A DNA stretch of 64,000 bases, taken from the IMG/VR virus record IMGVR_UViG_3300025879_001642; one strand, written 5' to 3'. The notes beneath the pieces are model-generated. The model worked only from the letters and a program-made list of their open reading frames with translations, searched no databases and was not told the DNA's origin. Below, piece by piece: positions 37,522 to 47,497 of this stretch (positions are counted from its first letter, which is position 1; the number at the start of each line of letters is the position of its first letter). This DNA is from an uncultured virus (IMG/VR IMGVR_UViG_3300025879_001642). Taxonomy: Duplodnaviria > Heunggongvirae > Uroviricota > Caudoviricetes. Position numbers and translations under genes: made by a program.

Positions 37522-38397
37522 TTACACAAGACCATTTAGATTGTCATCTAAATAGTTTTGGAAATCAGTATTAATACGGTGAGTTAATTCATCTTCAGTC
37601 ACAACATCAACCTCTCCTTCTTCAGGAGAATCAGATACTAAATTATCTTCATTATCTTTTAAAGAAGATAAATCAACTGAGAAAATATCACCACCACCAG
37701 CACTCGAAAATGTAATTTGATTCGTTTGGTTGTCAAAAGCGGCACTATCAACGATAGTATTAACTAACCCCTGTAATGGAATCTCAACATCATCCGCCCC
37801 TGATATATTTAATGTAAGTACTCCTGAGTTGTAAGACCCTCCGTACACAAAACGGTCATCTATACCTGATAAGTCTACACTTACGTTAGGTTCACCGTTA
37901 CTTTGTTTAATCGTCAATACAGAACCCGTTAAAGTAGTTCCTGTTACTGAACTACCCGAACCACCGCCACTGAAGTCTAATTGTTCCCAAGCATCATCGT
38001 GGTTTCCTGTTCCTGTTAATTGTGAGAAGGTTGAAAAGTCAAATGCTGAAGTAGTAGGGTCTAACCATACTAACTTTTGTGCGTCTGACGCTGAATCCCA
38101 CTCTTCTATAGTTACTAACGTTCCGTTAGCTCTCTTTGGGTTTAATTGAAATAACTTTCTCTCCCCAATAACATAAACCATCATACCTAGTCTTCTTCTA
38201 CCTGAAGAATAACCGTCAGCACCAATAGTTGATGATACAGGAATGTCATTTCTGAAGTCCATATTTGGAACCTCCACATAACCACCGACACCTAAGTAAG
38301 AGTAATGAGTACCATACGTCGCATCACTTGATGCTGGTACCATCCCCGCTCCTGTCCTTAGACCTCCTGGTTCAATTGGAAAAACATTTTCTGACAT
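37522..38397 (-). CDS. fibre-associated structural protein
   Basis: RRLGMMVYV motif; VDLS beta modules shared with neighbours. Confidence 0.7.
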   Translation of the reverse strand: MSENVFPIEPGGLRTGAGMVPASSDATYGTHYSYLGVGGYVEVPNMDFRNDIPVSSTIGADGYSSGRRRLGMMVYVIGERKLFQLNPKRANGTLVTIEEWDSASDAQKLVWLDPTTSAFDFSTFSQLTGTGNHDDAWEQLDFSGGGSGSSVTGTTLTGSVLTIKQSNGEPNVSVDLSGIDDRFVYGGSYNSGVLTLNISGADDVEIPLQGLVNTIVDSAAFDNQTNQITFSSAGGGDIFSVDLSSLKDNEDNLVSDSPEEGEVDVVTEDELTHRINTDFQNYLDDNLNGLV

Positions 38398-38431
38398 ATT
38401 ATTTTATTAAAAAATATATTAATTTATTTAC

Positions 38432-40567
38432 TTATAAACAAGTACTAACCTTCACCGTAAATTGTGTTCCATCAGGTTGTCCTAATAACCATCTATAAAC
38501 TTTATATGATGACCCATTAATCGTAACCGTCTGACCACCATTTGGTGTTACATTATACACTAAATTAGTCGCAGTGTCAATAATTGTTTCTACAGTACCC
38601 TGTGATACAGGGTGTAAATAGAACGCCTGTACTTCATTAGAAGATGAACTATCACCAACATAATCTAAAGTATATGTTACGGTTGCTTTATCTGAACAAA
38701 CGTCATGAGTAAATGTAGTTATTTTATTTGAATTGTTAAGTCTATCATTTACAAATGAATCAAATGTTGTTGGAGCCCCTTGAGTTAAGAATGGATAGAA
38801 CTGATTATTATTACCATTAAATAATACTTGTCCCGCTCCCGCTCCTGAATCAGCATACATTAAGTATGACTCTGTAGGAGCACTTGTTGTTGTTGGTGTT
38901 GTACTTCCACCACCACTAGCAACCTCAGTTGAGTGGTAATATTCTACCTTATCATCTAAAGAAGTAATTGTAGATGACTGAGCACTTATTAAAGTCTGTA
39001 AACTACTCACTAAACTATTTAAATTACTAATGTCATTATTAATGACCGTACTTAATTTACTATCTAATGAGATGATTGATGAATCGTTTGTTGAGATACT
39101 ACTATTAATAGATTGCTCATCTAAATCGTGAGTGGTCTCTAAGTTACTTAACCTAGATGTTAATGATAGGTCACCAGTTAAACGATTGTCCTCTTCATTA
39201 CTCACCCTACTATTAATAGAACCATCGTTATACTCTGTAGGTATTGAAATTGAATCGATGTCACTTTCTAATGTAGATACTCTACTATTAATTGATGTAT
39301 CATTGTAAGTTGAACCTCCAATGTTGTCAACTCTACTATTTAACGAATTAACCGAAGATGCAGTTGTAGATTCCTGACCACTAAGTCTCGTCTCGATAGA
39401 TGTATCATCATAAGACTCAGATGAAGGTAATCCACTAACTGTTTGTTCTACTGTAGAAATTCTAGAAGATAACGAAGAATCATCAAAAGATGGGTGTATT
39501 AATAACCCTGCATAGTCTGATAATTCAGAAATATCAGAAACCATCGTAGGTATTACAATACCATCAACTCTTTGGTTTAATGAACTAACACTTAATGTCA
39601 TCTCATTTTTAACTGACTCATCACCTGAGATTCTACTACTTACTTCATTAGTGATACTAAGGTCAAGTCTAGCCTCGGTAGAAATTAAATTAACTTCGTC
39701 AGTCGATACTCTACTATTAATAGATGTGTCATTATATGAATCCGTTGAGATTGAATCGATTCTTTGTGATAATGAATAATCTGAAGATTCTAAATTACTA
39801 ACCGAAGAACTAAGTCTATTCTGAATAGATGCATCATTATATGTAGCACCACCAATATTATCGAATCTACTATTTAAAGATGAAACCGATTGGTCCGTAC
39901 CACTAATCCTTACCTCTAAAGAAGAAGGGTTAAATGACTCAGGTATTACAATACCATTTAATGAACTCTCAATAGACGATACCTTTGTTGTTAATGAACT
40001 ATCGTCAAACTCGTTTGGTATTACTATACCGTCAATTTTATCATTTATAGAAGAAGTCGAACTAGTTAAATCCCCCTCAACCTCTGAAACACGACTAACT
40101 AAAGACGTGTCATTATATTCCGTAATACCAGTGATTCTTGTCTCCAATGAATCATCCCCTGATATTCTTAAACTCTCTTCTATTGATATGTTTGATGTTA
40201 ATCCCTCATCTATAGTAGACCCTTGAGTACTTACCGCAACACTTAATGAGTCAACGATAGTCCCTTGGTCCAAACTTGATAAGTCAACTAAGAATTCGTC
40301 ACCACCTGTTGTTGTTATTTTTAAAGAGGTACCAATTAAGTCAACCGTACTAACACTGTTAGCCGCAACCTCACCAGTACTAATAGGGGTCAAATCTACC
40401 TGCTCAGTACTACCATCGTTTCTCTTAATAAGTAAGTCAGCACCACTAAGTTCTAACCCTGAAATAAGACCTGAGTCAACAATACTCGCTAACTCTTTTA
40501 TCGTATCCACATTAGGACTTACACCCTGTATCGTAGTCGTTGTTGTTGTTTTATTGTATATAGCCAT
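38432..40567 (-). CDS. Ser-rich coiled-coil fibre protein with C-terminal globular domain
   Basis: YNDTSINSRVS repeats; N-terminal VDTIKELA; Thr-rich linker; TATTTATA at 40589-40596. Confidence 0.8.
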   Translation of the reverse strand: MAIYNKTTTTTTIQGVSPNVDTIKELASIVDSGLISGLELSGADLLIKRNDGSTEQVDLTPISTGEVAANSVSTVDLIGTSLKITTTGGDEFLVDLSSLDQGTIVDSLSVAVSTQGSTIDEGLTSNISIEESLRISGDDSLETRITGITEYNDTSLVSRVSEVEGDLTSSTSSINDKIDGIVIPNEFDDSSLTTKVSSIESSLNGIVIPESFNPSSLEVRISGTDQSVSSLNSRFDNIGGATYNDASIQNRLSSSVSNLESSDYSLSQRIDSISTDSYNDTSINSRVSTDEVNLISTEARLDLSITNEVSSRISGDESVKNEMTLSVSSLNQRVDGIVIPTMVSDISELSDYAGLLIHPSFDDSSLSSRISTVEQTVSGLPSSESYDDTSIETRLSGQESTTASSVNSLNSRVDNIGGSTYNDTSINSRVSTLESDIDSISIPTEYNDGSINSRVSNEEDNRLTGDLSLTSRLSNLETTHDLDEQSINSSISTNDSSIISLDSKLSTVINNDISNLNSLVSSLQTLISAQSSTITSLDDKVEYYHSTEVASGGGSTTPTTTSAPTESYLMYADSGAGAGQVLFNGNNNQFYPFLTQGAPTTFDSFVNDRLNNSNKITTFTHDVCSDKATVTYTLDYVGDSSSSNEVQAFYLHPVSQGTVETIIDTATNLVYNVTPNGGQTVTINGSSYKVYRWLLGQPDGTQFTVKVSTCL

Positions 40568-40650
40568 CTATCTATTCTTTTTGTTGTATATAAATATCTT
40601 AAACTTTATTATGAGTTTTAAAATCCTTACGTTTATAAAAAATAATTAAC

Positions 40651-41622
40651 ATGAGGTATAGAAATTATAAATCCTACTCAACATATAATAAGGTATTACT
40701 ACCTAACATCATTAGTGAAACTATTGTAGATTACTTTACACATTTGAATATCACTCATCCTTATAACATAAATACTTTAATTTATGATAAACACTGTAAG
40801 GTTTATATTCCTAAGACAAATATATTAGAATTAAAAAATTACTTATATAGTCAGAATAACGACTTAATTTCTAACTTTAAGAACTTAGAGTTTATTGAAA
40901 CTTCTGAACCGTTCTTTTCCGATTACCTATCGTATGGTAATTACTACGGATACGCAATCAGTAATAATTATGGGTCCATACCTAAGGGTAAAAGTATATC
41001 AAATACAATACTCAATAAATTAGACGAGAAACATTCGAGTATCCTTCAGGTAACTTATGATACTAAGAATGATAACCTAACACGGTTAACTCTATTTACA
41101 ACCGATAAAACCGTTGATAGTAATTTTGTATTTACATTATCGGAATATATCACTGAAGATACAAACATTAAAGTTGTTTATACAAACCACAATACTAACG
41201 GTGAGTTTTATACCAATAACTCTAATCTACACATTACACACGAGATTCCGAGTCATAACCCATTATTTGTAGGGGCAGACCCATTAAGTCCGTCTAAAGT
41301 TATACCACTATATCTTAGACATATCGCCAAGTCAATGGTGAACTCATCACTTTTAGATGAATGTCTTATAACTGCGAACTACACCAATAACTCTTTAATC
41401 CCCGTCACACTGAATATCGACTCTTTTGGTACTGAGAAATACCCGATGAAATATATTTATACATGTCTAATGGATGTTTTTCCTTTATCATTAAAGGATA
41501 TTAAAAAAGAGATTGACTTTTTTAAACCGATATATAGACAATCCTCAGAGTGTGATTATGTTAATAATATTAATTTACCTTGGGAGAGCACTAATAAGTC
41601 AAAAGATTTGATTATATTTTAA
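40651..41622 (+). CDS. degenerate S-adenosylmethionine synthetase (MetK) homologue, catalytic motifs absent
   Basis: NIISETIVD, YGYA, FVGADP, RHIAKSMV..SLLDEC....Y, IDSFGTEK, KPIYRQ, LPWE parallel MetK; no GHPDK, GAGDQG, GLTGRK or GGGAFSGK. Confidence 0.7.
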   Translation: MRYRNYKSYSTYNKVLLPNIISETIVDYFTHLNITHPYNINTLIYDKHCKVYIPKTNILELKNYLYSQNNDLISNFKNLEFIETSEPFFSDYLSYGNYYGYAISNNYGSIPKGKSISNTILNKLDEKHSSILQVTYDTKNDNLTRLTLFTTDKTVDSNFVFTLSEYITEDTNIKVVYTNHNTNGEFYTNNSNLHITHEIPSHNPLFVGADPLSPSKVIPLYLRHIAKSMVNSSLLDECLITANYTNNSLIPVTLNIDSFGTEKYPMKYIYTCLMDVFPLSLKDIKKEIDFFKPIYRQSSECDYVNNINLPWESTNKSKDLIIF

Positions 41623-41624
41623 AT

Positions 41625-42173
41625 ATGAATAATACTAAAAAATGGATTTTTAAATATCGTTATCTTCAATTAGAGTTAGACGAAACTAAAGAAAAACAAG
41701 ATAACTATACTAAGAAGTTTATGGAAGACTTTCATGAAGTCTTAGTCGACGAAAAAAATCAAGAAGGGATTAACAACGCATCTGAAGAAGGTAAACAACT
41801 TATAGACGCAATCAGTGATGAGGTTAAACCAAAAAATAAATCTAAATTAGCAAAAGAACTTTACAGAAACATATCCCGTAAAACACATCCCGATGTGACA
41901 AAAGACGAAGATATGAATAATATCTTTAGTGAAGCCGCAGACGCATACGAAGAACTAAACCTTATGGAGTTAATTATGCTATCCGATAAGTTGGGTATTG
42001 ATATTAGTTCTGAGATTGATGATAAAGATTTACAAATGGTTCAAACTAACTGTGAGCAGGTTCAGGTAGAAATCGATACAATCAAATCAACATTAACGTG
42101 GCAATGGTGTACAACACCAGAAGAAAACAAAGAGGAACTTAAAGAATACTTTATAGGTCTGTTGGTAAGGTAA
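41625..42173 (+). CDS. J-domain-containing protein
   Basis: ELYRNISRKTHPD...FSEAADAYE. Confidence 0.8.
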   Translation: MNNTKKWIFKYRYLQLELDETKEKQDNYTKKFMEDFHEVLVDEKNQEGINNASEEGKQLIDAISDEVKPKNKSKLAKELYRNISRKTHPDVTKDEDMNNIFSEAADAYEELNLMELIMLSDKLGIDISSEIDDKDLQMVQTNCEQVQVEIDTIKSTLTWQWCTTPEENKEELKEYFIGLLVR

Positions 42174-42175
42174 TC

Positions 42176-44017
42176 TTACTTAAGAAGTCTCTTAACTTCT
42201 TCTTCCTCAGCAATTAACTTTAATTTTGAAGGAGTTATATACCCAATAGATTCGTCAATATTATATACGTTGGTCTTACGGTCAATAAATCCTACTGTCT
42301 CAAAAGTAGAATTGTTAACAAAGGTTGTTTTACCATTCTCAACAATCATATTATGTGTCGCTAAGAAAAACTCTTTAACCTCGTCCTCACTAATCATAGC
42401 TGAAAAGTGTTCCATATCATATATGTATTTACTCAACAATCTATCAAAAGTTTCTGGACTGTCCATATTACCCATATCGAAGTAATCTCCTTCATCATCA
42501 ATAATCGTAATATCCCCATTATTTGAAACTCTTATATATAAGGTTTCCAAATCACCATCAATAATCATAACAAATCCAAAATCATTATATTCGTCTTTGT
42601 CTGAGTAATCAACTACGTGTCTTGGTCTATACCCTATATTCGTTAACGTATCAGTTATATAGTCAATAATTTCTTCACTATTGTGGTGGTCAAACTCTTC
42701 GTTTATTAACCTACTTTCATTTAATGTATCACTTACCTCATCAACTGTCGTTGTTACTTCAGGGTATTTACCACCAATCTTACTTTCGTCTTTATCTTTA
42801 TAGTCGATGTTCTTTAGAACGTGTCTTAATAAATTTAAGGTACCAACTCTTTTGTCATTACTATCAACAACAGTCCACGGCATCGCCTCTTTAGTCTGTG
42901 TCAATACTTTCTCCTTATACTCCGTATAACTATCCCACTTATCAATCGACTTTTCATCGTTGGGTGAGAACTTCCAATATTTTAATGGTGAATTCTTTCT
43001 TAGGTCGAATCTTTTCTTTTGAGTTTCTGAAGTGATTGACAACCAAAACTTAAATAGTTTAACCCCTCTATCAACTAACGACTTCTCAAAATCGTTTACA
43101 GTATTCATAAAGTCAAAATACTCTTCTTCACTACCGTAACCCATAACAGGTTCAACTATACCTCTGTTGTACCAACTACGGTCAAAGAATGTTATCTTTC
43201 CTGGTTCAATATACTTTTCATATCTTCCGAACCAATCTTTTCTTTCCTCATCTGATGGTATACCTAAAGCCACAACCTTAAAATACTTAGGGTCTAAGTA
43301 TTCTGTCATTTTTTTAATTGTAGAACCTTTACCTGCAGAATCTCTTCCTTCCATTACAATAGCAACAGGAGTACTAGTTTCTTTTACATGTTCCTGTAGT
43401 TTTAATAACTCAACCTGTAGGGGTAATAATTCTTTTTTGAATTGCTTTCTACCAATCTTAGATTGTTCTGGCTCGATACCACCATAAAGAAAATCATCGT
43501 CAATACCAAAATCATCTGACGGGTCAGACTTTGAATCTTCCCTACTCTTAATTGAGTCGATGTATTTTTGGATGTACTTTTTTATGTTTTCAGTTTTATC
43601 TCCCGACTTAAGTAATTTTCTATCTAAATTTCTAATAAATGAATCTGAGATATCATCATCAGTTAACTGACCAACTAAATCTTCTAAAGATTCTGAATCA
43701 ATTTCACTATCTCTTAATTTGTCTTTTAAGGTATCAACACTTTCAACAACCAATCCTAACATCTTATTAATGAATGTTGTTGGAAATACATTATAGATAT
43801 CCTCTTTAATAATATCCTTACCGTTTTTCTTTATAGTATAGAAAACTTCACCATTACGCGATTCTGTTAATGTTGTATTTTTTGCAATTGAGATATTATA
43901 ATACTCTCCCGTACTCTCTTCAATGAATACAAAGTTTTTAAATCCTATCGCCTCATTAACCTCTAATAATGTCTTACCTTTAACATTTAAAAGTAATTTG
44001 GATTCTGTGATGTTCAT
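42176..44017 (-). CDS. ppk2: polyphosphate kinase 2 with long N- and C-terminal extensions
   Basis: EGRDSAGKGSTIK (Walker A), FDRSWYNR (Walker B), VEPVMG, KFWLSI, PLKYWKFSPND, PWTVVDSNDK. Confidence 0.93.
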   Translation of the reverse strand: MNITESKLLLNVKGKTLLEVNEAIGFKNFVFIEESTGEYYNISIAKNTTLTESRNGEVFYTIKKNGKDIIKEDIYNVFPTTFINKMLGLVVESVDTLKDKLRDSEIDSESLEDLVGQLTDDDISDSFIRNLDRKLLKSGDKTENIKKYIQKYIDSIKSREDSKSDPSDDFGIDDDFLYGGIEPEQSKIGRKQFKKELLPLQVELLKLQEHVKETSTPVAIVMEGRDSAGKGSTIKKMTEYLDPKYFKVVALGIPSDEERKDWFGRYEKYIEPGKITFFDRSWYNRGIVEPVMGYGSEEEYFDFMNTVNDFEKSLVDRGVKLFKFWLSITSETQKKRFDLRKNSPLKYWKFSPNDEKSIDKWDSYTEYKEKVLTQTKEAMPWTVVDSNDKRVGTLNLLRHVLKNIDYKDKDESKIGGKYPEVTTTVDEVSDTLNESRLINEEFDHHNSEEIIDYITDTLTNIGYRPRHVVDYSDKDEYNDFGFVMIIDGDLETLYIRVSNNGDITIIDDEGDYFDMGNMDSPETFDRLLSKYIYDMEHFSAMISEDEVKEFFLATHNMIVENGKTTFVNNSTFETVGFIDRKTNVYNIDESIGYITPSKLKLIAEEEEVKRLLK

Positions 44018-44032
44018 ACTATTAAGTTTTAA

Positions 44033-44040
44033 TATAAATA
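44033..44040 (-). promoter_or_regulatory. TATTTATA promoter motif upstream of ppk2
   Basis: Exact motif 15 nt upstream of ATG 44017. Confidence 0.7.
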
Positions 44041-44574
44041 CTACTTTAGTTTAGAAATTAACGTAAAGTAATCAATATTACTATCACAGTAATGTACAAT
44101 AGATTCTAATAGTGTTCTAAACTTCTTAACTTTAGGTTTAACCTTCTCACTTAAGATATAAAGATTAATAACCGTTGATAACATCTCTATCGATAACTCA
44201 CCGTAAAAATTAAGTTCCGAATATTCACCTAACACCCTGTCAAAATCAAAGACATAACTATCTCTCTCTTCAACACTTGAGGGTACCACCATAGTATCCC
44301 ATATCATTAAAAAATCAACGATAAAATCTTTGGTTAGTTCTTTGTTCTGCTGAGCCTTTAATAGAAGGTCAACACCAATCATACAGTATGAAGGAGTTCT
44401 CAGATTTTTAGACTTACTCGTATCTAAATACTTCACCATAAAGTCCATATCTGTTATATCCCCATCAAATGTGGCGATAACAACACCCTCATCCAACTGA
44501 AACTCTCTAATAGATTTTAATCTAGGACCTCTAGGTACTTTATATTCTAACCCAACCTTAGTCTCAACTATCAT
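44041..44574 (-). CDS. hypothetical protein
   Basis: 177-aa ORF coupled to glutaredoxin (ATGA overlap). Confidence 0.7.
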   Translation of the reverse strand: MIVETKVGLEYKVPRGPRLKSIREFQLDEGVVIATFDGDITDMDFMVKYLDTSKSKNLRTPSYCMIGVDLLLKAQQNKELTKDFIVDFLMIWDTMVVPSSVEERDSYVFDFDRVLGEYSELNFYGELSIEMLSTVINLYILSEKVKPKVKKFRTLLESIVHYCDSNIDYFTLISKLK

Positions 44575-44843
44575 AGATATTCCTTTATTAGTGTTACCGC
44601 ATCGGGTAAGTCATGAAAATCTCTATCAGGTGTCAAATACCTTTTAGTGAATTTTTCATCATCTCTTATTTCTATTGCCGGAATAAATTCATTTTTAGTA
44701 TGGTCTACTAATAACGCATACTGCATTTCGTAGTCATCACAATTTCTTTCAGTATACACCACCTTACTTTCATCCAATAACTCCTTCATTTGAAGACAGT
44801 AAGGACACGTATCCATCGTATAAACAAAAACCGTTTTAGACAT
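44571..44843 (-). CDS. glutaredoxin-like protein
   Basis: VYT..TCPYC...K; cis-Pro motif FIP. Confidence 0.85.
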   Translation of the reverse strand: MSKTVFVYTMDTCPYCLQMKELLDESKVVYTERNCDDYEMQYALLVDHTKNEFIPAIEIRDDEKFTKRYLTPDRDFHDLPDAVTLIKEYL

Positions 44844-45156
44844 TTAATGACTCTTTTATAGTTTCAATTAGGTGTTGTTTAGATTGTACCCCAGAATATC
44901 TCTCTTTGATTTCACCGTTATCAATCATAACAAACGTTGGAATTCCTCTAACCCCAAACTCTGCAGATAATTCTCTCTCCTCATCAGCGTTTACCTTAAC
45001 AAAAGTAACTTCACTATCCTTAAACTCTTCAGATACTGTTTCTAATACAGGCATCATCATCTTACACGGTCCACACCAATCAGCGTAGAAATCTATAAAC
45101 ACTTTATTGTTTCCGTTTTGTAATTCTTTAAATTCTTCGTAATTTACTTTTTCCAT
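44836..45156 (-). CDS. trxA: thioredoxin
   Basis: DFYADWCGPCK...VRGIPT. Confidence 0.95.
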   Translation of the reverse strand: MEKVNYEEFKELQNGNNKVFIDFYADWCGPCKMMMPVLETVSEEFKDSEVTFVKVNADEERELSAEFGVRGIPTFVMIDNGEIKERYSGVQSKQHLIETIKESLNV

Positions 45157-45206
45157 TATATTATATTTTATACAATCTTAATCAATTAATTTATTTTTAT
45201 AAAGTA

Positions 45207-45791
45207 TTATTTAGCAACTCTAAAAATACTATAATCTAATCCTTTTAAATTTTCATTTGGGAATCTATATTCCAATGTATCATTACTCGTGGTGATAATC
45301 TTAGTGAATGAGGTTGGTAACTCAGCCCCATACGGTAACATAACACTACCCTCAAAGTTCACAGTAACCTTTACAGTGACTTTTCCGTATTTCTTAAGTA
45401 ATTCCCTTTCATACTTTTCTAAGTCCTTCCACGGTCCTCTATTAAGTCCCTCGTGTTGAAGGGAACAGTTTAAATAACTAAAGGTGGTTTTTAAATCCTC
45501 TTCGTCGCAATTAAAGTCCGCCGCTGGTGCAATATGACCCTTATCCCAAACATTATTTTTATAATCTTGGTTATTGGAAGTGACAACTCCCTTATACGAC
45601 CTAAAGTCCAATCCTTTACGACTATACTTACTCTCGTAACATAATACTTCATACTCAACCATTAGTGGTTGTTGCTTAACCTCAGAATAAATTACTTTAT
45701 ATATCCCCATATCCACAAAAACACTATCTCTAAGTGTCTGTGAATATAAGTTTCCAAAACTTAATACAAAAATTATCGTTAATATTCTCAT
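45207..45791 (-). CDS. secreted DNA/RNA non-specific endonuclease (Serratia NucA family)
   Basis: Signal peptide; WDKGHIAPAAD, TFSYLN, Q..GLNRGPW..LE..ER. Confidence 0.9.
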   Translation of the reverse strand: MRILTIIFVLSFGNLYSQTLRDSVFVDMGIYKVIYSEVKQQPLMVEYEVLCYESKYSRKGLDFRSYKGVVTSNNQDYKNNVWDKGHIAPAADFNCDEEDLKTTFSYLNCSLQHEGLNRGPWKDLEKYERELLKKYGKVTVKVTVNFEGSVMLPYGAELPTSFTKIITTSNDTLEYRFPNENLKGLDYSIFRVAK

Positions 45792-47428
45792 TAAAATTCT
45801 ATTTCTATTCTATCATAATCATTATCCATATATTCATCGAATGTCAAACCTCTGGATAGTCTCTTATAATTTCTTTTATCTTCACCCTCTAATATAGTAT
45901 AACTGTCACTCTTAGTATTGTAAACTTTAACTTTAAAATCTGATAGCGATTTTTTCCTTACCAACTGTTTAATAATATTCTCAATATATTCTGCCGAGTC
46001 ATACATAGACTCATCTATGTCTTTGTTGAATCTCATTCTTTTCTGAATACACTGACCCTTCATATTAAACTCCATTGTAATTCTTTCTTTACCCTTTCTA
46101 GCAGATACTATAATAGTGTTGAATTTATCGGCATAAGTCCTCACACAATTATGTTGGTAAATCGACTCTTCAATATAGTCCATATCATTTTCCAATAACT
46201 TATACTCTGTCCCATTAAAGTTTGTATTGATAGTCTCTTTAACCTCGTCATCAAAAAGATAATAAATCTCTTCAGACTTCGCATACATCTGTATTCTTTG
46301 ACTACACGAATAATGAACCTCTTTAAATTGTTCAATAGTAAATTCACCAAATTTTAATTCAGGTTCAAAAGGTTTAAGGGAGTCCATTATTCTTAAATGG
46401 TCAATAATGATTCCAGTTAAATTAGTTCTTTGGTGCTCGTTAAACTTAACCGCAACCCCCTGTTGACTAACATATAAATTTATTAACTTAACAATGTTTT
46501 TTCTATCATTGTCAGTTAACCATTCATAATTTAACTCATTCCTTTGTTCTTCCCAATTGGTCAAATCTTTGTTATTCCCGTATAATCTTTTTTCTGATTT
46601 AAAAAACTCTCTATCTATGGTTTTGAAGTATTTAATCCCTAATATCTGTAAATAGTCAACCATAATCGACACATCAGGCAATCCCTGATTAAAAACCTTA
46701 TTGAAGTACTTACCCTTAAAATTCAATTTACTCATTAAAGACTTTACGATATTCCCATCGTTCTTCTTCATCGCCACTTTACCAGGGTAATACTTAAGGA
46801 AATAATTATATATGTTGTTCGGTCCTTTATAACCGTTTCTTTTTACAAAAACATCAATAAGTGAGTAATGGATTGGATACTTATACTCAACGTCATCATC
46901 TAACTCAGATAGGAAAGCCTTAAATATGCTATTAATCTCAACTCCGTTTATATTGAATCTTTTAATCTCATTATTAAACGTACTACTCAACATCTCAAAA
47001 TTATTAACGTATATCTTACTACGTTCTCGATTATATAAAGATTTTTCTTTCTCTATGATGTAAAAATTATTCGTCCTCTTATTATATGTTAAAAATATTC
47101 GATAATATGTCTTTGAAAAGAATTTTTTACCTACCTTTCTATGTTTGTTGTATTCGTAAAGACCAATCCTTACTTTATCTCCCTCAGTCTCAACAACCAC
47201 AGTTTTTCGATAACAGTCTAACTCCGCTAATCCATTTGAGTAATTATCCACAAAGGATTCCTCAGTATGTTCCGAGTTCTTAATTCTAAACCTATACTCA
47301 CTCCCGTTTCTTTCAAATCGAGTCCTAGTGTATGCTCCACGCACAATGATATCATCGAGACTATTCTCCACCTCGTGAAATATAACATTGTATTCCTTAA
47401 ATACTTCTTTGAGTATTACTCGTCTCAT
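45791..47428 (-). CDS. PcfJ-domain protein
   Basis: C-terminal EESIYQHNCVRTY...RITMEF...Q.R..FN. Confidence 0.75.
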   Translation of the reverse strand: MRRVILKEVFKEYNVIFHEVENSLDDIIVRGAYTRTRFERNGSEYRFRIKNSEHTEESFVDNYSNGLAELDCYRKTVVVETEGDKVRIGLYEYNKHRKVGKKFFSKTYYRIFLTYNKRTNNFYIIEKEKSLYNRERSKIYVNNFEMLSSTFNNEIKRFNINGVEINSIFKAFLSELDDDVEYKYPIHYSLIDVFVKRNGYKGPNNIYNYFLKYYPGKVAMKKNDGNIVKSLMSKLNFKGKYFNKVFNQGLPDVSIMVDYLQILGIKYFKTIDREFFKSEKRLYGNNKDLTNWEEQRNELNYEWLTDNDRKNIVKLINLYVSQQGVAVKFNEHQRTNLTGIIIDHLRIMDSLKPFEPELKFGEFTIEQFKEVHYSCSQRIQMYAKSEEIYYLFDDEVKETINTNFNGTEYKLLENDMDYIEESIYQHNCVRTYADKFNTIIVSARKGKERITMEFNMKGQCIQKRMRFNKDIDESMYDSAEYIENIIKQLVRKKSLSDFKVKVYNTKSDSYTILEGEDKRNYKRLSRGLTFDEYMDNDYDRIEIEF

Positions 47429-47467
47429 CTTAACTATTTTTATAATATTAACTAAAATAAAAACAAT

Positions 47468-47497
47468 AAAAAAGAGGACCGTAGTCCTCTTTTTTTT
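47468..47497. terminator. bidirectional intrinsic terminator
   Basis: AAAAAAGAGGAC-CGTA-GTCCTCTTTTTT; C(UACG)G tetraloop on the minus strand. Confidence 0.85.
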
